Assembly: GCF_014396165.1 (NCBI RefSeq)
Contig: NZ_CP060715.1
Coordinates: 1,230,001 to 1,262,000 of the forward strand
Length of the DNA: 32,000 nucleotides
Direction of reading: 5' to 3'
Source of the DNA: Erysipelothrix inopinata
Lineage (GTDB): Bacteria > Bacillota_I > Bacilli_A > Erysipelotrichales > Erysipelotrichaceae
Positions 20,039-28,703 of this stretch are shown here, in pieces. A program made the translations under genes and the position numbers. How positions within the stretch are numbered: position 1 is the stretch's first letter; each line of letters starts with the position of its first letter. The notes under the pieces are model-generated. The model was not told where the DNA came from. It was given only the letters and a program-made list of their open reading frames with translations, and ran no database searches.

Positions 20039-20404
20039 ATGGCACGTATAGCAGGAGTCGACATTCCACGTAACAAACGCGTGGTTGTCTCATTAACATA
20101 TATTTACGGTATCGGATTGCCAACATCACAAAAGGTATTGGCAACAACAGGAATTGACGAAAACATCCGAGTTAAAGATTTAACTGAAGATCAAGTTAAC
20201 GCAATCCGCCGTGAAATCGAACAAATTAAAGTTGAAGGGGATCTTCGTCGTGAAGTTAACCTTAACATTAAACGTCTTATGGAAATCGGTAGTTTCCGCG
20301 GTATTCGTCACCGTCGTGGATTACCAGTTCGTGGACAACGTACTAAAACAAATGCACGTACACGTAAAGGACCTCGTCGTACAGTAGCAAACAAAAAGAA
20401 ATAG
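20039..20404 (+). CDS. rpsM: 30S ribosomal protein S13
   Basis: [26 protein letters not shown]...[25 protein letters not shown]. Confidence 0.99.
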   Translation: MARIAGVDIPRNKRVVVSLTYIYGIGLPTSQKVLATTGIDENIRVKDLTEDQVNAIRREIEQIKVEGDLRREVNLNIKRLMEIGSFRGIRHRRGLPVRGQRTKTNARTRKGPRRTVANKKK

Positions 20405-20427
20405 TTTAAATAGGAGGAAAACGTAAA

Positions 20428-20817
20428 ATGGCAAAAGCAAAAGTAGCTCGTAAAAAACGTGTCCGCAAGAATATAGCACGTGGTGTTGCTCATATTCATT
20501 CGACATTTAACAATACAATTGTTTCTATTTCCGATGAGCAAGGAAATGTTATTGCTTGGTCAAGTGCTGGAGCATTAGGCTTCAAGGGTTCACGTAAGTC
20601 AACTCCTTATGCTGCACAAATGGCTTCTGAAGCAGCAGCAAAAGCAGCAGTTGAACATGGAATGAAAGCAGTTGAAGTAAGCGTAAAAGGACCTGGACCA
20701 GGTCGTGAATCAGCAGTTCGTGCATTACAAGTTGCAGGATTGGAAATTAGTGTAATTAATGATGTAACGCCAGTTCCACATAATGGATGCCGCCCACCAA
20801 AACGCCCACGTGGATAA
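20428..20817 (+). CDS. rpsK: 30S ribosomal protein S11
   Basis: [20 protein letters not shown]...[14 protein letters not shown]...[17 protein letters not shown]-like C-terminus. Confidence 0.99.
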   Translation: MAKAKVARKKRVRKNIARGVAHIHSTFNNTIVSISDEQGNVIAWSSAGALGFKGSRKSTPYAAQMASEAAAKAAVEHGMKAVEVSVKGPGPGRESAVRALQVAGLEISVINDVTPVPHNGCRPPKRPRG

Positions 20818-20844
20818 AAAAACTATAACAGGAGGTATTCATAG

Positions 20845-21804
20845 ATGAACAAATTTGAACGTGCGAAATTTGAAGTTAAAGAATTCGATGAAACAGCAAA
20901 CTATGGTAAGTTCGTTATTGAACCACTTGAACGTGGGTTTGGTACGACACTCGGAAACGCTTTAAGACGTGTTCTCTTGTCTTCATTACCAGGTGCTGCA
21001 GTTTATTCAATCAAAATTGAAGGTGTATACCATGAGTTTACATCTATTGCAGGAATCGGTGAAGACGTTACAGGAATCGTTCTAAACGTTAAAGATTTAG
21101 TCTTAAATGTTGCAGACGATGAAATTTATACACTTCGTTTATCACAAAAAGGACCTAAAGTTGTAACTGCAGGAGATATCGAATGTCCTACTAATGTAGA
21201 AATCTTAAATAAAGATCATATTATTGCTACATTAGCTGAAGGTGCAGTTTTAGAAATGGAGCTTAAAGCTCGTAACGGTCGTGGCTATGTGAGCTCAGAT
21301 GAGAATAAACTTATCTATCAAAATGCATCACAAGGCATTGGCACGATTTTTACTGATTCTATTTATACTCCAATTGAAAGAGTCAATTATCATATTGAAC
21401 CAACACGTGTAGGTCAAAACTCAAAATATGACCGTGTTGTGATGGAAGTTTGGACAAATGGTTCCATTCAACCTCAAGTCGCATTATCATTAGCATCCAA
21501 AATCTTAATGGATCACTTAGAACAAATTGTTGCGATTAAAGATTCAGTTTATGAAAGTGAATCAGTAATCAAACCAGATGTTTCAGGTGTAGAAAATCCT
21601 ATGGCAACAATGATGATTGAAGACCTTGATCTATCAGTTCGTTCATATAATTGCTTAAAACGTGCAGGGATTCAAACTGTTGAAGAGTTAACTCTTAAAA
21701 CAGAAGATGAAATGATGCGTATAAGAAATCTAGGTAAAAAATCACTTAAAGAAGTTAAAGACAAGCTCCATGAACTTGGACTTGGATTTAAATCATTTGA
21801 ATAG
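20845..21804 (+). CDS. rpoA: DNA-directed RNA polymerase subunit alpha
   Basis: [22 protein letters not shown]; C-terminal domain [22 protein letters not shown]...[10 protein letters not shown]. Confidence 0.99.
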   Translation: MNKFERAKFEVKEFDETANYGKFVIEPLERGFGTTLGNALRRVLLSSLPGAAVYSIKIEGVYHEFTSIAGIGEDVTGIVLNVKDLVLNVADDEIYTLRLSQKGPKVVTAGDIECPTNVEILNKDHIIATLAEGAVLEMELKARNGRGYVSSDENKLIYQNASQGIGTIFTDSIYTPIERVNYHIEPTRVGQNSKYDRVVMEVWTNGSIQPQVALSLASKILMDHLEQIVAIKDSVYESESVIKPDVSGVENPMATMMIEDLDLSVRSYNCLKRAGIQTVEELTLKTEDEMMRIRNLGKKSLKEVKDKLHELGLGFKSFE

Positions 21805-21815
21805 GAGGATATAGA

Positions 21816-22178
21816 ATGAGAAACCGTAAATTAGGTCGTGACTCAGCACACCGTAAAGCACTATTACGTAACCTTTCAACAAGCTTGATCGTTAATGGTC
21901 GCATCGAAACAACAGAGAAAAAAGCAATGGAACTTCGTTCTGTAGCAGACAAACTTGTTACACTAGCAAAACGTGGTGACTTACACGCTCGTCGTGAAGC
22001 AGCTAAAATCGTTTATAATGTTGTAGCTGATGAAGCAACTGGACAAACAGCTTTACAAAAGCTATTTGATGAAATTGGACCAAAATATGCAGACCGCCAA
22101 GGTGGTTACACACGCGTTATCAAAACTGAAATGCGTCGTGGAGATGCAGCTCCAATGGCAATCATTGAGTTTGTTTAA
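21816..22178 (+). CDS. rplQ: 50S ribosomal protein L17
   Basis: [30 protein letters not shown]...GGYTRVIK. Confidence 0.98.
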   Translation: MRNRKLGRDSAHRKALLRNLSTSLIVNGRIETTEKKAMELRSVADKLVTLAKRGDLHARREAAKIVYNVVADEATGQTALQKLFDEIGPKYADRQGGYTRVIKTEMRRGDAAPMAIIEFV

Positions 22179-22193
22179 TTCACAAATAATATC

Positions 22194-22224
22194 AAAAACA
22201 CCCTTAAACAGGGTGTTTTTCTTT
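22194..22224 (+). terminator. Rho-independent terminator ending the S10-spc-alpha transcription unit
   Basis: AAAAACACCCT (22194-22204) / AGGGTGTTTTT (22210-22220), loop TAAAC, U-rich tail. Confidence 0.85.
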
Positions 22225-22403
22225 GTAATTGTGTGAAAAAAATAAGGTTCATACGATAATTGTTTCACTAATATTAACGTTTAATCGATATTTAAAATAT
22301 ATAAATGAATTAATAGTCACTATAGAGTGGGTATTTTAGATTTGGAAAATATTTTCATGTAATATTATTTCAAAAAGAAATGAATAACAATGAAAAAGTT
22401 GTA

Positions 22404-22432
22404 TTGACATCGGTTACATTTTGAAGTAAATT
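22404..22432 (+). promoter_or_regulatory. Candidate sigma-A promoter of the PTS/MupG operon
   Basis: TTGACA (22404-22409), 17 nt, TAAATT (22427-22432). Lies 35 nt upstream of the EIIC start; RBS AAGGAGG at 22454-22460. Confidence 0.5.
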
Positions 22433-22466
22433 ATAGGTGTGATACATAGTATCAAGGAGGAGAGAA

Positions 22467-23747
22467 ATGGAAGCTCTAACAAGATTCATGGACGAGAAAT
22501 TAGCTGGTCCAATGACTAAGCTTGCAAATCAAAAACACTTGCGAGCACTAAGAGATGGTATGGTTGCTACATTGCCAATAATCATTGTAGGATCATTCTT
22601 TTTAATTATCGGGGGTAACTTACCTCTACCAGCTGACTGGGGATTGCAAATTTTCTTAAAAGCAAACGCAGCAGCTATCGTTTTACCTTACCGTTTATCA
22701 ATGGGGATTATGGCATTATATGCTACATTTGGTATCGGTCACAGTTTAGCAGAATCATATGACCTTGACGGATTGTCAGGTGGTATCATTGCTACTCTTG
22801 CATTCTTATTAACATTCACACCTGTTAACGTACCTGCTGATTTACAAGCTGGTGTTGCAGGATGGGTACTTCCAATGGGTAACCTTGGTGGTGGCGGAAT
22901 GTTCGTTGCTATCGTAACTTCAATGTTAGGTGTTGAAATCTTTAGATTTACAGACCGTTCTGGTTTAAAAATCAAAATGCCTGAACAAGTTCCTACTTCA
23001 GTAACACGTTCATTCGAAGCAATCTTCCCAACAGCAATTATCTTAATTGTATTTGGTGCTATTACTTACTGGTTAGGATTTAACTGGCATACATTTATTT
23101 CACAACTTGTTTCACCATTAGTATCTGCAGCAGATAGCTATGGTTCAGTAATGTTACAAACATTCTTGAACTCATTCTTCTGGGTATTTGGTATTCACGG
23201 TGCTTCAATCGTTGGTAACATTGCACGTCCAATCTGGGTTGTTCTTCTTGAACAAAACCAAACATTACTTGCAGCTGGACAACCATTGCAAACAATCGCT
23301 TCAGAACCATTCTTCCAATGGTTTATCTACATCGGTGGATCAGGAGCTACATTGGGTCTTGCAATCGCTATGGTTACTGTTGGTAAATCATCATTCTCAA
23401 AACAACTTGGGAAAACAGTTTTCGTACCTGCATTGTTCAACATTAACGAACCATTAATGTTCGGTACACCAATCGTTATGAACCCTATCTTAATGATTCC
23501 ATTTGTTGTTACACCATTAATCTTAGGTACTATCGCATGGTTTGCAACATCATGGGGACTTGTGTCAAAAGTGTCAACAATCGCTCCATGGACATTGCCT
23601 GGACCAATTGGTGCATTAATGGCTACAGGATTTGACTGGAGAGCAGCTGTTCTTAACATCATCTTGATTGTTATCGCAACACTTTGCTACATCCCATTCT
23701 TCAAGATTTATGACAAGAGTTTATTAGCTGAAGAACAAGGAAATTAA
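22467..23747 (+). CDS. PTS Lac/cellobiose/chitobiose-family EIIC permease (no EIIA/EIIB partner in window)
   Basis: 426 aa polytopic protein. The N-terminus MEALTRFMDEKLAGPMTKLANQKHLRALRDGMVATLPIIIVGSFFLI is typical of CelB/ChbC-type EIIC. Confidence 0.88.
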   Translation: MEALTRFMDEKLAGPMTKLANQKHLRALRDGMVATLPIIIVGSFFLIIGGNLPLPADWGLQIFLKANAAAIVLPYRLSMGIMALYATFGIGHSLAESYDLDGLSGGIIATLAFLLTFTPVNVPADLQAGVAGWVLPMGNLGGGGMFVAIVTSMLGVEIFRFTDRSGLKIKMPEQVPTSVTRSFEAIFPTAIILIVFGAITYWLGFNWHTFISQLVSPLVSAADSYGSVMLQTFLNSFFWVFGIHGASIVGNIARPIWVVLLEQNQTLLAAGQPLQTIASEPFFQWFIYIGGSGATLGLAIAMVTVGKSSFSKQLGKTVFVPALFNINEPLMFGTPIVMNPILMIPFVVTPLILGTIAWFATSWGLVSKVSTIAPWTLPGPIGALMATGFDWRAAVLNIILIVIATLCYIPFFKIYDKSLLAEEQGN

Positions 23748-23753
23748 TGTTTA

Positions 23754-23781
23754 AAGGTCTTGTGTAAACAAGGCCTTTTTT
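23754..23781 (+). terminator. Hairpin plus T-tract after EIIC (terminator or partial attenuator)
   Basis: AAGGTCTTG (23754-23762) / CAAGGCCTT (23769-23777) with one G-U pair, loop TGTAAA, then TTTT. Directly abuts the RBS of the next gene. Confidence 0.6.
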
Positions 23782-23796
23782 AAAAAGGAGTGCAAT

Positions 23797-24171
23797 ATGA
23801 AAAAAGCAGACAAAAAAAGAGTAGAGAAAAAAAGCGTCGTTCGAAAACAAAAAGCTGAAAACATTCAACCTGTGGAAGAAAAGAAACATCAGTTTGTACG
23901 TTTCTCAGTTAAAAGTTCATTCATAATCCTTTTTGGTATTTTATTATCGTCTTTATTCATTCCACTACTACTTGATAACTTAGGACTACAACTCTTACCG
24001 TTGCGCGTTATCTTAATAGGACTCACTACCGGATTTGTTGTTAGTTACTGTCTGTATTTTGTAGATTCAAAAAGAGGGGTTACACGTGGATTCTGGATTG
24101 TATTTGCTTTAGTGGCATCATTATCCATGATCATATCTTACTTCTGGGTGTATGAAATTTACTTTATTTAA
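23797..24171 (+). CDS. Small membrane protein of unknown function (Lys-rich N-terminal tail plus 3 predicted TM helices)
   Basis: AAGGAG 9 nt upstream of the ATG. MKKADKKRVEKKSVVRKQKAENIQPVEEKKHQ followed by three hydrophobic ~20-aa segments. I recognise no family. Confidence 0.55.
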   Translation: MKKADKKRVEKKSVVRKQKAENIQPVEEKKHQFVRFSVKSSFIILFGILLSSLFIPLLLDNLGLQLLPLRVILIGLTTGFVVSYCLYFVDSKRGVTRGFWIVFALVASLSMIISYFWVYEIYFI

Positions 24172-24233
24172 AAGAAACATCATTAACACATATTTGTAAG
24201 TTAAAATAGATTTGAAATTATTTTGGAGGCATT

Positions 24234-25322
24234 ATGAGAAAATTAGGAATATCCATTTATCCGGATAAATCTTCAATTGAAGAAATGAAAAATTATATTG
24301 TGAAAGCAGCTGACGCAGGATTCTCAAGAATCTTCTCATGCTTACTTTCAGTAGATAAACCACGCGAAGTTATCAAAGATGAGTTTATCGAAATCAACCA
24401 ATTCGCTAAAGAACATGGTTTTGAAATCATCGTTGACGTAAGTCCTAAGGTTTTTGCTGACTTAGGCATCAGTTATGATGATCTATCATTCTTCCATGAA
24501 ATTGGTGCTGATGGATTACGCTTGGATGCTGGATTTGGTGGAAGCCATGAATCATTAATGACATTCAACCCTTACGATTTAAAAATTGAAATTAACATGA
24601 GTCAAGATATTCATTATATTGATACAATTATGGATTACCAACCAAATCAATATAACTTGATTGCTTGCCATAACTTCTACCCACATCCATATTCAGGATT
24701 GACAGAAGAACTATTTGACTCTGCTACCAAGCGATTCAAAAAATATGGTCTTCGTACTGCAGCATTCGTTTCAAGTCAAGCAGACGGTGCTTACGGGCCT
24801 TGGCCAGTAGATGATGGACTTGTTACTCTAGAGAAACACCGTCATTTACCATTACATGTTCAAATTAAAGATTACATTGCAATGAATGAAATTGATGATA
24901 TCATCATTTCAAACTTCTATCCAAGTGATGAAGAACTTGCTGAAATCAAAAACATCAATTTAACAAAACTTAACTTAAAAGTTGAACTTGTAGATTCAAT
25001 TCCTGAAATTGAACGCAAAATTGTTTTAGAAGAGCCCCACTTTAACCGTGGCGATGTATCTGCTTACTTCAAACGTTCAACCATGAGCCGTGTTAAATAT
25101 AAAGGACACGACTTCAAGATCTTTAACGCTCCTGAAATGATTCGTCGTGGAGACTTAATTATTGAAAGCAGCGACTTTGGACACTATGCTGGTGAACTTC
25201 AAATTGCTACACAAGACATGAAGAACACAGGGAAGTCAAACGTTGTGGGACGTATCGCTGAAGATGAAGTATTCTTAATCGATAACATCAAACCATGGCA
25301 AAAATTTGAGTTCTCACTATGA
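24234..25322 (+). CDS. mupG: DUF871 family protein, MupG-like 6-phospho-N-acetylmuramidase / 6-phospho-glycosidase
   Basis: N-terminus MRKLGISIYPDKSS...AGFSRIFSCLLSV is characteristic of DUF871 (TIM barrel plus C-terminal beta domain, ~360 aa). GGAGG at 24225-24229; PTS context. Confidence 0.7.
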   Translation: MRKLGISIYPDKSSIEEMKNYIVKAADAGFSRIFSCLLSVDKPREVIKDEFIEINQFAKEHGFEIIVDVSPKVFADLGISYDDLSFFHEIGADGLRLDAGFGGSHESLMTFNPYDLKIEINMSQDIHYIDTIMDYQPNQYNLIACHNFYPHPYSGLTEELFDSATKRFKKYGLRTAAFVSSQADGAYGPWPVDDGLVTLEKHRHLPLHVQIKDYIAMNEIDDIIISNFYPSDEELAEIKNINLTKLNLKVELVDSIPEIERKIVLEEPHFNRGDVSAYFKRSTMSRVKYKGHDFKIFNAPEMIRRGDLIIESSDFGHYAGELQIATQDMKNTGKSNVVGRIAEDEVFLIDNIKPWQKFEFSL

Positions 25323-26191
25323 GACATTATTTAGGTGTTGATGCTGGAGGTACCTTTACAAGATTTGTCCTTTTTGATGAATCAGGAAAGCAAGTCGAAC
25401 GTCATGTTATCGACAGCATTCATTTTATGAAAATTGGTTTTGATGGAATTCAAGATCAATTAAGCCAAGTGAAAAAACATTTTGAATCTTTAAACTATAA
25501 TTTTGATCATATTGATGTTGTCATTGGTATGGCAGGTTATGGTAAAGACCAAACAATTCGTGACAATATTGAGAAAGCTGTATGGGCAGTATACCCTCAC
25601 GCAATCTTAATGAATGATGCACAAATTGCAATGATATCAGCACTTGATAATCAAGATGGTGTCTATGTTATATCTGGAACAGGTTCAATAGCTTTCAGAA
25701 AACTGGGTTGTGTTGAGGATCGCCGTGGCGGTTTTGGATACTTACTGGGTGATGAAGGTTCTGCATTCTGGATAGGACGTCAACTTTTAGCGCTTTTTAC
25801 AAAACAAGCAGATGGTCGCTTACCACAAGGGGGCTTCTATCGTGAAGTTATGTCACACTTTGAGCTAACATCACCTTATGATCTCATCGGAATTGCGAAT
25901 GCGCAAAAAGACGAATATCGTAACTGGGTTGCACAATTAAGTGGACTCGCAAGTAAATTTACAGACGAACCAGAGGTTCATCATGTATTCAAACAAGCAG
26001 GTCTTGAACTTGCGGAACTTGCAAATAATTTTGAACTTGAAGCACCAACAAATATTGCTGTAGGTGGTGGTGTTCTAAAACACAATGAAATTGTGAGAAA
26101 TACCTTCATCGAAAATCTAAAATCAGATTTTATACTTGTTGATAACAAGCAACCAGTAGAATATACAGCCTATATTTTGTGTGCTAAATAG
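25319..26191 (+). CDS. BadF/BadG/BcrA/BcrD-type ATPase; N-acetylglucosamine (NagK/MurK-like) sugar kinase
   Basis: LGVDAGGTFTR (phosphate-1), GTGSIAF, GGFGYLLGDEGSAFWIG. ATGA overlap with the mupG-like gene. Confidence 0.75.
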   Translation: MRHYLGVDAGGTFTRFVLFDESGKQVERHVIDSIHFMKIGFDGIQDQLSQVKKHFESLNYNFDHIDVVIGMAGYGKDQTIRDNIEKAVWAVYPHAILMNDAQIAMISALDNQDGVYVISGTGSIAFRKLGCVEDRRGGFGYLLGDEGSAFWIGRQLLALFTKQADGRLPQGGFYREVMSHFELTSPYDLIGIANAQKDEYRNWVAQLSGLASKFTDEPEVHHVFKQAGLELAELANNFELEAPTNIAVGGGVLKHNEIVRNTFIENLKSDFILVDNKQPVEYTAYILCAK

Positions 26192-26209
26192 TTGAATATT
26201 GAATAAACT

Positions 26210-26237
26210 AAAACTTCTTGAAAAAGAAGTTTTTTTT
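26210..26237 (+). terminator. Rho-independent terminator
   Basis: AAAACTTCTT (26210-26219) / AAGAAGTTTT (26224-26233), loop GAAA, T-tract to 26237. Confidence 0.85.
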
Positions 26238-26267
26238 CTGATTGTAAATCAAGAATGCGGTTAAAAA

Positions 26268-26279
26268 ATAGTGTATAAT
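26268..26279 (+). promoter_or_regulatory. Candidate -10 element for the HAD gene (no good -35)
   Basis: TATAAT at 26274-26279, 25 nt upstream of the ATG at 26304. No TTGACA-like hexamer at 16-18 nt spacing. Confidence 0.3.
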
Positions 26280-26303
26280 GATTATCAATAGGAGATGGTT
26301 AAT

Positions 26304-27119
26304 ATGATTAAACTAATAGCTTTCGATATCGATGGTACATCAATTAACCATCTTCGTAAGGTAGACCCTGAAACTTTGAGTTTTTTTAAAGAATATCATA
26401 AAAAAGGTTATCAATTCATTCCAACTACAGGAAGAAGTCTTGATGGGATTCCTCAAGCAATGCTCGACTTAGGGATTATGGATTATGCTATTTCTTCCAA
26501 CGGAGCTCGTGTTACTAATTTAAAAACAGGTGAAGATATTTTTGCACATTTGTTGAGTCCTGAAAGAGCCGCGGAGTTGATTGATTTAATCAAGCCCTAT
26601 AACGTTAGAGTTACGGTTCATGCTAATGGGGTTTGCTATGATACTGGAAGATTTCAACGATTGGGAAGAAAGATACTCTTCCATTCTGAATTTGAAGAAA
26701 CACCTATTGTTAGAGATCTTGCGACATTTATTCGTGAAAATCAGTTAATGGTAGAAAAAATTCAACTTTTCTCATTATCTAGAAAAAGACTGATGAAGCT
26801 TCAAAGAAAGCTTGATGAATTTAAAGACATCTCGTATCCAATGTCTTCCAGCAACTATTTCGAAGTTACAAAGAAAGGTGCAAATAAAGGACGTGCCTTA
26901 ACCTATTTATCTGGCTATCTAGAAATTCCTTTAAATGAAATCTTAGTCATTGGTGATGATTCTAATGATATCGCCATGTTTAAAGTGATTGAAAATTCTA
27001 TAGCAATGGAAAATGCGAGTGATCGTGTTAAAAATCATGCAAAGTTTGTTGGCTTTCCCAATCGCAAAGGCGGATTTTCGAAATCCATCATTGCGTATTT
27101 TGAAAAATATGGAGTTTAA
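26304..27119 (+). CDS. Cof-type HAD-IIB (sugar-)phosphatase
   Basis: Motif I FDIDGT, motif II PTTGRS, motifs III/IV K...GDDSNDIAMF. GGAG at 26291-26294 fits the ATG at 26304 (MIKLIAFDIDGT) better than the ATG at 26295. Confidence 0.85.
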   Translation: MIKLIAFDIDGTSINHLRKVDPETLSFFKEYHKKGYQFIPTTGRSLDGIPQAMLDLGIMDYAISSNGARVTNLKTGEDIFAHLLSPERAAELIDLIKPYNVRVTVHANGVCYDTGRFQRLGRKILFHSEFEETPIVRDLATFIRENQLMVEKIQLFSLSRKRLMKLQRKLDEFKDISYPMSSSNYFEVTKKGANKGRALTYLSGYLEIPLNEILVIGDDSNDIAMFKVIENSIAMENASDRVKNHAKFVGFPNRKGGFSKSIIAYFEKYGV

Positions 27120-27183
27120 TGTGAAAAACTTTAGTTTCCCCATAGGCTGTGTTAAACTAAGATTATGAAAGGCAGGAACCATT

Positions 27184-27366
27184 ATGAAAAAATTATTTCC
27201 ACTTGCAATCATCGGTGCCGCAGTTGGAGCTGCAGCATACTACTTTGATCAAAATAATAAGAAACATGTCGAAAAGACATTAAATGCTTTAGATGAAATT
27301 AGTGAAACTGCTGAATCAACAGTGAAAGACTTAGCTCAAGACCTTGTTGATGCACCTAAAGAATAA
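27184..27366 (+). CDS. YtxH-like small protein (N-terminal TM helix plus helical tail)
   Basis: 60 aa; MKKLFPLAIIGAAVGAAAYYF then a charged helical region. Followed by its own terminator. Confidence 0.6.
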   Translation: MKKLFPLAIIGAAVGAAAYYFDQNNKKHVEKTLNALDEISETAESTVKDLAQDLVDAPKE

Positions 27367-27388
27367 AGATACTCCGGTATCTTTTTTT
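27365..27388 (+). terminator. Rho-independent terminator
   Basis: AAAGATAC (27365-27372) / GTATCTTT (27377-27384), loop TCCG, T-tract to 27388. Confidence 0.8.
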
Positions 27389-27423
27389 ATTGGGGTGTAA
27401 AGACAGGCGATTCTTAATGAAAT

Positions 27424-27432
27424 ATGATAAAA
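27424..27432 (+). promoter_or_regulatory. Candidate extended -10 promoter for pepT
   Basis: TGaTAAAAT (27424-27432), 30 nt upstream of the pepT ATG. No clear -35. Confidence 0.3.
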
Positions 27433-27461
27433 TAGACAAGATGAATAGAATGAGGGATACT

Positions 27462-28688
27462 ATGAAAAATATACTAATAGAACGATTACTTCGTTATACC
27501 AAAATTAATACAAGATCAGATGGAAATTCAGAGTCAATTCCATCCACAAAGATTCAGTTTGATTTAGCACATGTACTTCTAAAAGAATGCGAAGATATTG
27601 GCTTGCAAAATGTTGAAATGGATGACCATGGTATTGTGACGGCACTGCTCCCTTCTAATATCAATCGAGAAGTCCCAACAATCGGTTTTTTATCACATAT
27701 GGATACGGCAGACTTTAATTCTGATAATGTTAAACCACGCGTGATTGAAGATTACGATGGTAAAGATATTGTCTTAAATGAAGAATTGGGAATTGTCTCA
27801 AAAACGGATGTTTTCCCTAGTTTGAAAAAACATATTGGTAAGACACTTGTTGTGACAGATGGTACAACACTTCTTGGTGCTGATGATAAGGCAGGAATTG
27901 CGGAAATTATGACTGCAATGGAATACCTTATAAGTCATCCTGAAATTGAACATGGTAACGTTCGCGTTGCATTCACAATCGATGAGGAAATTGGTACGGG
28001 TGCGGATTCATTTAATGTTGAAGCATTTGGTGCAGACTTTGCATATACTGTTGATGGATCAGGCTTAGGAGAAATGGAATATGAAACTTTTAATGCTGCA
28101 GAATCAACAGTTACTATTAAAGGTGTAAGTGTTCATCCAGGGAGCGCAAAAGATACGATGATTAATGCTTCCGTTGTAGCTCATGAATTCTTTGCTGCCC
28201 TACCTGCAGAAGAGCGTCCCGAACATACAGAAGGATATGAAGGATTCTATCTTCTTACGGATATGACTTCTACTATAGAAGATGCTAAGATGACTTTCAT
28301 CATTCGTGATCATGATTCTATTAAGTTTAATGAACGAAAAGAAAAACTTGAAACGATTGCTCGTGAATTAAATGCTAAATATGGTGCAAATACAGTGACC
28401 GTTGATACGAAAGATTCATACTATAATATGAGAAATATTATTGAAGAGAATATGAGTATTGTAGATCTGGCTAAGGATGCAATGCTACGCCTTGATATTA
28501 AACCAATTATCGAACCAGTACGTGGTGGGACAGATGGCTCACGCTTATCTTACATGGGACTTCCTACACCAAATCTCTTTACGGGTGGTGAGAACTTCCA
28601 CGGAAAACACGAATTCGCAGTTGTTGAAACAATGGAAAAAGCAACTGAGGTAATCGTAAACATTATTAAAATTAACGCTGAAAAATAG
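27462..28688 (+). CDS. pepT: Peptidase T (tripeptide aminopeptidase, M20B)
   Basis: MKNILIERLLRYTKINTRSD...; metal ligand motifs SHMDT, GADDKAG, DEEIG. 408 aa from the ATG at 27462 (GAGGGA RBS at 27452-27457). The ORF-track upstream extension is not conserved-looking. Confidence 0.93.
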   Translation: MKNILIERLLRYTKINTRSDGNSESIPSTKIQFDLAHVLLKECEDIGLQNVEMDDHGIVTALLPSNINREVPTIGFLSHMDTADFNSDNVKPRVIEDYDGKDIVLNEELGIVSKTDVFPSLKKHIGKTLVVTDGTTLLGADDKAGIAEIMTAMEYLISHPEIEHGNVRVAFTIDEEIGTGADSFNVEAFGADFAYTVDGSGLGEMEYETFNAAESTVTIKGVSVHPGSAKDTMINASVVAHEFFAALPAEERPEHTEGYEGFYLLTDMTSTIEDAKMTFIIRDHDSIKFNERKEKLETIARELNAKYGANTVTVDTKDSYYNMRNIIEENMSIVDLAKDAMLRLDIKPIIEPVRGGTDGSRLSYMGLPTPNLFTGGENFHGKHEFAVVETMEKATEVIVNIIKINAEK

Positions 28689-28703
28689 TTTGGAGTGAAT
28701 GAC

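Noticed and set aside
22380-22424. 14-codon mini-ORF (MNNNEKVVLTSVTF) upstream of the PTS EIIC, considered as a leader peptide.
   Set aside because: It overlaps the -35 element and lies upstream of the predicted TSS. It has no RBS.
27129-27161. 8-bp hairpin CTTAGTTT (27129-27136) / AAACTAAG (27154-27161) between the HAD gene and the ytxH-like gene.
   Set aside because: The loop is 17 nt and no U-tract follows, so it is not an intrinsic terminator. No recognisable RNA family; possibly a minor mRNA structure.
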